Below are positions 29,424 to 40,185 of a DNA stretch of 64,000 bases, piece by piece. The stretch comes from Hydrolagus affinis. Lineage: Eukaryota. The position numbers were made by a program, and so were the translations under genes. The stretch covers positions 62,001-126,000 of the forward strand of contig JAAILG010000098.1 of the NCBI GenBank assembly GCA_012026655.1, in the 5' to 3' direction. Position 1 is the stretch's first letter. Each line of letters begins with the position of its first letter. The notes beneath the pieces are model-generated. The model was not told where the DNA came from. It saw only the letters and a list, made by a program, of their open reading frames with translations, and did not search any database.

Positions 29424-30776
29424 GTGAGTAAAAATGGGTTCCCTGTTGCCCACAGTGCGGTCCAACCTGTCTTCCTTGAGCAGAGATTTTTTTGTGTGTG
29501 TTGCATGTGTAGCAGTTACATCATACGCACACATCATTTTGAACACGTACCCACAGATCACCCTGAATCTGTAGAGAATACAGCAGCCAGAGTGGCAAGC
29601 TCCTCGAGTAATAAGTGATTCAATTCGAAACCAGGGAATCGAAACAACAGATCATAGAGGGGGGAAGGGGCTCACTCACCTAGAAATCAGTAGCCGTTTG
29701 GCTGGGCTTTTTGTTTGTTTATTAGCATTGATCAAGATAAAATCAACACAACATTCTTACTAAGTTTCAACCTTTTTTTGGTGCGTTACAGGGCAGGTGG
29801 GTGAGGTTCAGACTTGCTGCAGTTTTGTTGAAAGGCAGTGAGAAACCCCATCAACTAATTGACATATCGTAAGAGGAATGGTGGTGGAATTCCATCAACC
29901 CTTCTCTCCCCCCAATTAAGCCAAGTATGTTCCTCTCCTCTGGAGGCCTTGGTTGAGTGTTACAAAATGTTTACATAGACACCTGATGGCCTTTTCCATT
30001 GAGGAGCAGGTTCGCTATTCGTGCAGCAATAAACAACCCATTGCTCGATGAGCAACCCCTAAACTAGTTGTGCAGTTCAGAGGAGGGTCAGAATTTTTGC
30101 ATCATTCAGGCAGTGATGCATAAAAAGTAGCAATTCCGCTACTTTGAAGAAAAGCTGTCCACAATGGTTCCAAAGAAGGCTGAGATCTACGTGAAGGAGT
30201 GTTTTGTGAATTTTATTTTTGAATCCTTACAAATATCATTTAAACCCCACTTGGGCAGAACTAAGGAAATATTGCCCCATTGGATTCCGTTCCTGTAATC
30301 AGGATCAAATGGGCTGATTCAATGTGGACATTTACAAGTTAACTAAACAAGGCAATTTCTAGCTTCAGTTAATGAAAATGCAACTGGCCAAATTCTCCAA
30401 TTCTAGAGAAAGCGAATAGCCGTTAAATGCTTACCAAGGATAGACTGAGTGGTGAATCATTTAGTTGGTCATGAATTTTATGTTGCTGCTGTATTTTCTG
30501 CTGTATTTTCAAAGAATTTACAATAATCTGTGGGAAGCCCCATCAATTAAGAAAGTTTACACAGCGAGTGTTGGGGGTGTGGTATCAATCAAACCAATTC
30601 TTGTATCCTGCTTCTACCCCAAGGCCGTTTCCTCCATTTATTTACTTTTATGTCTGTAATCACTAATACTTACAGAATTGAAATGAATTTGCCCTCATTT
30701 CAATTTGTGTTGGTAGTTGGGCCCTTTTTTTACTCACTACCCATGACTAGACCCTCACAGCTTTCACATTTTTCAG

Positions 30777-30860
30777 AGCTCATGCTCTCCAATGCAGATC
30801 CACTAGATGTCCTCAGAGACCAACCCATTTCTCCTTCTCGTTTTCCTCTGGTCTCCAACC
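30777..30860 (+). other. Weak candidate 84-nt in-frame phase-1 cassette exon: (Q)LMLSNADPLDVLRDQPISPSRFPLVSN
   Basis: Good acceptor (ttcacatttttcag) and an open frame in the site-2 phase, but the donor c|gtacac is weak. Confidence 0.25.
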
Positions 30861-32581
30861 GTACACTGCAGGTTTCCCTGAATGACACAAAAACATTTTG
30901 AATGGCAGAATAACCATGTTTTTGCAATGAATCCATATGGCAGTTTGTGTGTTGCGTTAGTGGAAGTATTCTTCCAGTGTAGCACCACATGCATAACCAT
31001 CAAGACTAACATCTCTCAACATATCATGTCATTGTGTGAAAGTTGCTACTACTGTTTGTGGTTTTTCTCTCTCCCCTGACCACCACCCGCCTCCTCCTTC
31101 CTCAAAACACAACAAATGCAGTGTGCATTACAGCATGGAATTTTTTGAGATATGAGCGCTAATGTTAACATTGATGAATGCTTCAATCCAATAACCATTT
31201 TTGAATCTTTTTTTTCATTTTTTTATTGCCAAGGTTGAAGCCTGTTTTCTCAGCATGCTGCGATTTCAGTAGTTGTGCATGGATTAAGAAACAGCACCTC
31301 CGGTCTTCCTTTTTATTAAAAAAAATTACGAGCTCATTCATACGCGCGCATATTTATTATGTGCATCTTGTGAACGATTCCCCAATGAGCAGAGAGATTA
31401 ATTGGCTCAAGTATTTGGTTTCATTTCAGGAAACAAAATCAAAATGGTTTGTCTCCCTCAAGATTTTGTTCCTTTTAAAAAGTGCCGGATTCAATTAATG
31501 TCACATTGAAACAATTGGTGTAGTTCTAAGGAAGACAAGAGGTTGAGCCACCCAGCATCACGAGCATTTATCAGGCTTTTGATGCTCCTTTCCTAATTAA
31601 GATACCAGTGCTAATGACTGGCCTTGGCATTTGCATTGAACAGGCCTGACGCTGCATGATGTGATGTTTTTTTCTCTCAGCTAACGGGTACTGTAAACAA
31701 CGTTTTGCTGAAAGCTTACACATTTTACCACTCAAAACCCTCAAAATTGCAGAGAAAGGGGATTCTGCTACAAATCCCTCTCATTCATCACCCCCCACCC
31801 CTCCCCCTGCGCCTTTTTTCCTCAGTCATAGAGGTGACCCTTCCTTGGCCAATAATTTTGATATAAATGGCCTTAGGTCAGTGCTTGACTCAGTTGAGAG
31901 CTTGGAATATTATGTCTGCAGTGTGACATAATGGCTTTTTCAACAAAAGTTGATACCTTTCCATTTTTTTAAAAAAGTACTGGGGTTAATATGAAAGAAT
32001 AAGGCTTTATGTTTATTGAACAAGTGCATCAATTAGCACGATTACCATTACCATTTCGACATCATGTGCTTGAAAGAATTAGATCTCTATTTTCTGAACC
32101 AATAAAATCTGACTTGTTCATTTCTCTCGCAATAATTACAATGAACATGTTAATTGTAATCAAATTTCTATGAGCATCCTGTGCACATCCCCCCCAAACG
32201 TATGACAAAACTACTTGTAAAAAATGTGTATCGTGACTCAATTTCCTACAATTGTCTGTTTTTTTTGCTAAATTGTTATAAAACGGGATGCGCGTGTGTT
32301 CTTGAACAGATCTACGATTGAAATTCATGCAAACTTCTTGTGGCCCAGTGGAAAAGTTGCCTCGCTGGCAAACTCGATTGCAAACTTGAAAATACTTTAA
32401 AGTGTTTATCATCAATTTCAAAGTGATATGCTGAAGTTTTTTCTTTCAACTTGTAAAAATGACTTCTTGTTACTGTGCTTCATTTGAATAATCTGGCTCT
32501 TCTTCCTTGTCAAGCCTGCTAACGTTACTAAGGCCTATGTTAGTTCCCTTGTTGATTCCTTCCAACTGCCAGACTAAATAA

Positions 32582-32635
32582 CCTTGCCATTAACCTGCTC
32601 CTCTTCCTCTCCTTCCATCGAAAACATGATTATAG
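32582..32635 (+). promoter_or_regulatory. STREX 3' splice-site region, homologous to the mammalian CaRRE1-containing acceptor
   Basis: ccttgccattaacctgctcctcttcctctccttccatcgaaaacatgattatag: a purine-containing spacer separates the pyrimidine tract from the AG, resembling the rodent ...catccaccacatggttatag (comparison from memory). Confidence 0.65.
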
Positions 32636-32809
32636 CCAAGATCTCCATCTACAAGAGAATGAAACTCGCATGTTGTTTTGATTGCGGAGGCTGTGAGCGT
32701 GACTGCGCTTGCATGTCAGGCAGTGTACATAGTAACATGGACACCCTTGAGAGAACCTTCCCACTTTCTTCTGTCTCTGTTAATGATTGCTCCACCAGTT
32801 TACGTGCCT
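32636..32809 (+). CDS. KCNMA1: KCNMA1 STREX exon (174 nt, 58 aa): (P)KISIYKRMKLACCFDCGGCERDCACMSGSVHSNMDTLERTFPLSSVSVNDCSTSLRA(F)
   Basis: Acceptor tatag, donor gtaagt at 32810; phase 1 to 1; length and cysteine-rich sequence match STREX. Confidence 0.97.
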
Positions 32810-34139
32810 GTAAGTTTAATACCATGCTGTTCCATGTCAATTGTTTGTGGAGTCGTCTCTTTTGTGTTGTATTCTGTGGTCCAGTGAGCTGGTTTTTGTT
32901 TGGCTGCTGCTGCTGCAGTGTTCAATGGGCTTCCTAGTGTAAAATGTTGGCTATATGTGCTTTGCTTGAGCATGGGTCTGTACATGTGCATGTGAGACCC
33001 ACTGTGCAGTGTTGATGTTCTTGGTACTGTGCGGTACTATTGAAATGCATTTTTACTCCATGTTTTTGAATGTTGTTGTGAATAAGCTATGGAGAAGTGA
33101 CTTTATTAAAGTTAAAGAAACTGGCAGAAAGTGGTGCGTGCACAACCCTGGGGAAAATATGTTGTCGAATTTAGCTACTTTCTTTCCAATTATTACTTTG
33201 TTGTCTTTGTTTATGCAAATGTTCTGTTGTCTTCTCTCTCTTTCTTAATTTTCTTTTTCTTTCACAAGTACAAAACCCCCATGGTTTCATTGGCCTGGAA
33301 CAGTGGTAAATGAGATATACAGCAACTCATTTCCATTCAGTCCCTGTTCTTGGCTGTTATTTCGTGTGTGTGTGTGTGAACTCCCCAACTCCAGGCTATT
33401 CGTCCTCAATGCATTGCAACTTGCTTGGTCCCACAGCACTTTGTACTTGCTACTAGTGGCTTAGTTCAATTGCATCCCACCTAGCTGATTCACCCACTGT
33501 CACTACTGCACTAGCACAAGTGTGCAACTTAGCCTTCAGATTCCTGCCCAGGCAGAAAAGGCAAAACCACTTCAGATTTATCTCCCTGACAGGTACCCGG
33601 AACTCCAGATTTAATCTGCTGGAGGAGGACGATTTGAGTTGGTGTGTGTGTATGTGTATGTATAATATATAAAATTATATGTTCTTATGCTCTTATAAAT
33701 ATATATAAGTTGGGGAGTGGGAGGGGTGAAAAGAGAAGAAAGTAAAATAATTCTCCTACGTGCAGCAACAAAAGCTGTCATTATCTCCTGTGGGGAGGGG
33801 GTGGAGAAGAGTGGGTGAAACTAGTCTAAAGTATCTTGCAAAAATATAACTTTAATGCCTTGCCAGACATTGTGTAGATTTAGGCAGCTATTCGTTCCCT
33901 TGGCCTGAAGCTTTTGCTAGTTTTATACAGACAGTTGGATTTGCAAAATTCAAATGATGAATTAAAATATTTGAGCCAGCTCCGCTGTGGTTTGACAGAT
34001 CTCTGTAAAAAAAACAGTAATTCTGTCATTTTGAGTTCACAGTGTAATGCCCATTTCCACTTGGAGGTCACATTCAGTTTGGATCAAGTTGATCTGAACT
34101 GAGCAAAATCTCTTGGCAATTAGGCTCCCCTCTGCCCAG

Positions 34140-34400
34140 AGTCACATAGAGTTACACAGAGTGATACAGCGCGGAAACAGGCCACGCAGTCCAACTAGTC
34201 TATGCTGGTGTTTATACTTTACATGATCCCCCCATCCCTGCGATTTCCCTCTCCCATTCCTTATATTCCTTTCTCCCTTATGTATAAAGTTTTCTCTTCA
34301 AGCACTGGTGCTATTTGCTCCAACCACAGCTTCTGGCAGTGAATTCCACATTATTAATATCCTCTGGGATGAAGAAATTTTTTCTAAACTTCCTATTAGC
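34140..34400 (-). mobile_element. CR1-type LINE 3' end
   Basis: catagagttacacagagtgatacagcgcggaaacaggcc..gtccaactagtctatgctgg...ggcagtgaattccaca is typical of chondrichthyan CR1 3' ends; family call from recognition only. Confidence 0.6.
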
Positions 34401-34569
34401 TGTCTCCAGAGAATTCAGTGAGCTGGGACACTAGCCTGCGTGAAGGTTGCTATTCAAATGCAATTCGTTGTAGTTGTATGATACATGTATTGTGATATTT
34501 TTCCAGGCTGAATGTTTCTGAGTATTCAAATCAAACAGTTTAACAATTCATCATCTAAATCTCTGATGC

Positions 34570-34990
34570 CAGCATTCTTGTCCACATCAATCTGCCCTCT
34601 TGTCTGCACAATCCAGTTCTTGCCAGTCTCTACTAGCAGATCATGGAAGATTGATTTGAAGGTCCTCATCCACACCTACAATGGCACCTTTTTAATCTCT
34701 CTGACCCTCTCCTACCATACTCCTCCACTAGCCCTTGCAACTTGTCTAATTTGGTCTTATTCCACCCTCTCTGCCATCATCTGTGGCAGAGCCTTTGCTT
34801 CCTATGCCCCTAAAGCTCTGAAACTCCTTCCTTTATCAATCCTCCCTTTCTACCTTGCCGCAAACCCTACTCTTCAAATGCAGCTATTGGCGGACTGCCC
34901 TCCCACTTCCCACTCTCTCTTCTCCCTCTCCCATGTGTCAGACGTTATCCTATGTGAAGGGCATGATATAAATCCAGGTTGTTTTTGTTA
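34570..34990 (+). mobile_element. Degenerate L2-type LINE 3' fragment
   Basis: Translates to KIDLKVLIHTY...ICGRAFASYAP (remnant of the L2 ORF2 C-terminus), followed by the tail motif. Confidence 0.65.
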
Positions 34991-37900
34991 TGAGGAAGCA
35001 TGAGTGTTTACTGCAGCTTAGTTTGTCTCTGAATCTACACAGCATATGGAAATTCCAATTGGTACAAAGCAGTAATGTGCAAAGGCAGAAGCACACGTTT
35101 AACTGTGTGTGACAGGAACTGTATCCAGATCCTTAAATAGCATGAGCCCCGGTATAAACAGATATGGTATTACTTAGTATTTCTTTACTTAAACGTAAGT
35201 TGTGATATTTGTTGAGAAGTCTACAAAGTGCAAATCGTTTTTTAAACTTTTACTTTCTTTTTAAGATCAATGCACACACCTATTCTGCCTTCAATTGTAA
35301 TGATTCATTTGACTTGGGTTCCAATCCAAATAAGACAAAAAGTTTATCTCTCCTGTCAGATTGGTAGTTCGAAATTGTAAATCACATACAGTAGAAATCC
35401 AAAAAGAAGCATAAAACGATTCAGAGCCTGTTTAACTGAAATATTTTTCCCCCATCAAAGAACAGTGAGTGGCAAGATTCCGATTTTCATTAAATTAATA
35501 TGAGCAGATGTGAAATGTTGACTATTTGACAATTAGAAATGGCAGCAGTGGGGGTTGAATCAAAGAGAGGTCAGATGTAGAGATCACATTTCCTTTCTTA
35601 CATTCTTCAGCTGCTCTAACAATCAGATTGAATTAATGTCAGTTCAGCTATGATGATTTTTGCCCTTTGTCTTTTACTGTGGTACTAGATTGCTTCCCTA
35701 GATACTCATTAAAGGTCATTATATCATTACTTGGCTTGGTTTCGGTGTGGACCCCAGTAAGGTTAGCACACTTCATGGTTTTGTTAGACAATTTTCTTTC
35801 ATTACAACACACGTTTTTGATATTTCAGTGTGATCGCATAACCCATTCCATGAATTGTCACAAGCAATAGCAGTAACTACCTCTGACTTTTTCTGGCCAT
35901 CTTGCAAGCGCAGACTGCATTTCAAAGGGATTTCAGAGAATCCACAAACTGAAATCCAGACTTTCACTTGTACGGTACCAAAGACAGACTTTGTTTCTTG
36001 AACTAAATCCAAGGCTCACTGCCCTTGATTGTAGCTCATAATATTTAATTTGCAGTAGACCAAATAACACAGGGAAAAGCCACAATTGAAGCAAGCATTT
36101 GAAACACTTTTTCGTAGTATTTTCTCCCTTGTAAAATGCACAGGACAAGCATACACCTCAAGCAAACCTGTATTTTGTTTTGGTTTCCAGTAAGTGACAT
36201 CTGTTTCAGGGTCATTTCGAGCATGTATTTACAGCAAATACAATCACATATTTTAGTGACATTTGAAGAAAAGCTCAGATGCTTACATTGCGATCCTTGT
36301 CCAGTGGTTTTGTCCACAGAACTGTTGACATGACACAGAAGCAGCTGCAAGGTGATATTACCACAGACAAACTAGTAGTCAAACTGTAGGGAGGTGGGGT
36401 GTGGGGTGGGGTACATGGACAAAGAGCAGTGATTGGTGAGGGTACAAGGAGATAAATTACTGATTAGAAACTGCTGACTCTACAAGTTGCTTTGAGTAAA
36501 TAAGCATTATAAATTGGTGGATTGACATGCCATGTCACATAATGGTAAACATAGGGATTTGTTCCCATTATTTCCTCTCTCACCTCCCACCCCGTGAACC
36601 TAATCAAAGCTGAGGCCTTGGGAGAGGTACAGAAAGTAGGGATGGGCAAGGATATCACCCATGGCTGTTCTCACACTGTTGATTCTAAAGCAGCATTGAC
36701 AGAGGCCTGGGAGCAGCTAGGCTGTCTGCAGCCTTAGCCAGGAATGGTATGAAACAGCGGGGAGACCTGGAGAGGACAGAAAAATGACTTGAAACTGTGG
36801 AATTGAATGAAAAAACAAGGGCCATAAATCTACACATAACTTGATGCAGTGTCTGGCACTTTATGGATACACAACAATAGGAACAGGAAGAAAGTATTCA
36901 GCCCATTGGGCCTATTATTTCAGTTTGTTAGATGCCTTTTTCCCCAACTTTGCTCCTTTCCAGCGCCTTAGGAAATCCTCCTGACGTGAAAGGCGCTATA
37001 CAAGTGTAATTTTGTTGTTGTTGTTTCCCCTTCAGGCAAGGAGGGGAGGAGGGTGGCTTGAGGTGGAGGCAGTTTCAAGACAGGCACATAGATTAAACGG
37101 TTCATGTTGAGTAAACCTGCTACCTGGCATTGTACTTGGACCTCTGGAACATCAAGGTGGCTGGCACATCACAGTTGTCCTCTGGGTCCTCCCACCACAT
37201 TGAAGGAGGATAGCCATCAGATAGCTTACAAGGAGCCTCTGAGGCTTCGGACAACAGCTGTTAGAAGATATTAGCCATAGTCCAGGTTCATAAACACACA
37301 TACAGGGCTTGGTATCCACTTTGATTGATGTGCAGAGAGTGAGCAGTTGCTGCTTAGCTTATGAATATCCTTTGAACTGACAGAACTATCATTCAATGGT
37401 TGGTTGTGGGGGAGTCAATACTATAGGCAGGCAGTATTACTCCCCATTGAGAGTGCACATTTCATTCCAGACACTGGGAAATTTCCTCATGCCTGCGGCA
37501 TACATATGTAGAATACTCAGATCTGTTTTGTATACAATTAACCACAGTGACGTTACAGACGTTCAGCTGACCAAAAGAAAAACTTGTTTCTTTAACGCAT
37601 TCAATTGTTTGGTGGGGGGAAGGGCATTCCACTGTTGCTGTTAAGTGAGTGACCAGGGTCTTGAGTTGGGGGAGAGAGCAGTAGGGGACAAACATCTTCA
37701 CCCGACTCTTCTCAACATCTTGTAGTGAAAGCTGGTAGTAGATTTCCTATCCACTTGTCATCTCAGTCATGGCTGACATTTGGTTCAGCAGGGTTATATA
37801 ACGCGGAGGTAGAAAGTACTTTAGTTTTTGAAAGAGTGAAAAGGAAATGCTGCAATCTTCAGGAAACTCCCCAAATCTGGAATTTTAAGAATGGTAAATC

Positions 37901-39344
37901 ACAGCGGACAATATTATTTTTATGGAAAAAAAATTAAATGTTAATCTGAATGGATAGTTGCTGTCAGTTCTTTTGTGAAGTGGAACAAATGGCATCTAAT
38001 GCTGTATCAACACATTAACAAAGCAGATTCGCACTTGTAATTGACCACTCTAGAGCAGCAGAGACAAAGGAAAGCTGTTTCCTTGTTTGAAGCTGCTTTC
38101 TTATTATTAAGGCAAGTGCGCCTTAATAGTGAAGGATAGAAGGTTGGAATTGTTCAGAGAGCACTAGGGTGTCAGCAGAGCAATTGCTATTAAATTTAAA
38201 ATATTCCAAGTTAAGGTAAAAAAAACAAAAAAAATGCTTTTGACTTAGCTGGAGAAACATTCCACAGTTATATTGGAGCTCTGACACAGATGACAGCCCT
38301 CCTTTCATTGCAGTGTTCACAAGTGATCTGAGCTCACTTCCAGCAGGATTTGGAGCAGGAAACCACATTACATTTACCTCTCCAAATCACATTAGCCAAG
38401 GGTTGACGAGAGCTCTGCTATGGTGCAATTAAATGCATGCTCAGAGCTCCACTAACCAAAGCCAAACTCCAGTCAGCTTCTGCAGTGATGAACTGGTCTT
38501 GTGGATAATGCTTGAATAACATTAAAAAACAAGGTTGCTCAAGAACTTTTTAGAAGCCATTCTATAAGAAACAATCTGGTGAAATCACCTTCTCGGTGAA
38601 TTCAAGTGTCATTTGCTTTTGATTGTGAATGTAAAACACTATTTACCCTCCTGCTTAGCAGTTGATTCAGTGACATTTATGTATTAAATCGACGTGTAAA
38701 GCACAGTGTACGTAAGGTTAAGACCTGAGGTTTAGACCTGCTCAAGAATCAAACTCGGGTCCTCTTGCTTGTGGTTCTACAAGACTTCTGTTGTGCATAA
38801 GTTCTGATAAGATGAATGGAGGATTGCAGAATGCCATTCTGTTCTTTCCATTCCAATATGAGTCTGGTGAAAGTACATATTGCAGTGCACGATTCTACCC
38901 AATTTTGCCCTGCGGGAGTCTTCTCCCAAGTGTTAGATTGCCGTAAATCATCTCCACCCAATCGTTGTATGTAGACGTCTTGTCCCAAGTGTAGGATTAC
39001 AGTGTACGTTCCCACTGACTCCTATTATGTATAATTCCTGATCCAGGCACAACCCTGAGCCAAATAGAACATTGCTTGGCAAATGAGTTCTTTCTTTATC
39101 AGGGTTTGACTTTATTTAGCTGCAACAAGCTAGTCTGGATGTTAGACCAACTGTGAAAACAATATTTTAATCTTATTCAATCTGACATTTATTCTTCTTT
39201 TCTGTTAGCATTTGTAGAATAAAAAAGTGCAAACAATACAGGGCGATCCAAATACTTTTGACATTTTTCTATTAACTTTTACTTATCTGTACCTTATTTC
39301 CAACTGTGCTGTTTAAATTCATATAAAAATCTGAACCAATACCT

Positions 39345-39700
39345 CATCCCTTTTGGGGCTTGGAACTCGCAATATAGATTGACATTCTACTGAAGTGCTA
39401 GGGGTGCTTTACATTGTCGGAGGAGCAATCCTTTGGATGAGACAATAAAACTTAAAAATGCCATAGCCCAATTCCAAAAGCGAAGGAAATTTCTCACAGT
39501 GCCCTAGCAATATATTCCCCCTGATAAAATTGGCCAATCACCCATGGCTATTGGTGGGTGATTGCTGCATGCACATTGGCTGCTATGTTTGCCCTTAAAT
39601 AGTCACTGCACTTCACAGTAACATTTTGTGAAGCGTTTTGAGACACCTCAATGGCTTGATGAGGCACTGCATCAAGCACATGTGTAATTGCCATCATTTA
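39345..39700 (+). mobile_element. Degenerate Deu-domain SINE
   Basis: tgaagtgctaggggtgctttacattgtcggagg..cctttggatgagacaataaaac...gtgaagcgttttgagaca; boundaries approximate. Confidence 0.6.
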
Positions 39701-39769
39701 TTATGTAATTGCTCAACCATAAATGAATTATTCAATTACAAAAATTGTTACCTGCATAATTTTGTTTTG

Positions 39770-40185
39770 TTAAATTGCCTTCCCAATTCCTCCCTCCATA
39801 GGCTGCAGATCATCCAGAACTTTGCAGCCCATGTCCTCCACCATTCCAAGCTCCACAACCCCATCTCCCTCATTCTCGCCCGTCTCCATTGGCTCCCCAT
39901 CACCCAGAGGATTCAATTCCAGATCCTGGTCCTCACCTTCAAAGCTCTCCACGGCTTCGCCAAGACCCCCCTCCCCCCACCTTTGTGACCTCCTAACCCC
40001 CTACCAATCTGTCCACTCTCTCCGCTCAGTGGGCTGTGGCCTGCTCCATGTCCCTGACCCACCATCAGCGGGCGAGCCACTCTGCCCCATACCTCCGAAA
40101 TTCCATCCCGCAATCCCTTTGCCTTGGGACGTCCTCCCGACATGAAAGGCACTATACAAATGTCATTTTGTTGCTGTTGGTTGTT
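39770..40185 (+). mobile_element. L2-type LINE 3' fragment (ORF2 C-terminus plus tail)
   Basis: LHRLQIIQNFAAHVL...PISLILARLHWLPITQRIQFQILVLTFKALHG is the characteristic L2 ORF2 C-terminal motif; ends in a (TTG)n tail. Confidence 0.88.

Noticed and set aside
34512-35003. 163-aa ORF (also 39638..39988) as host genes
   Set aside because: Both are decayed L2 LINE ORF2 C-terminal remnants.
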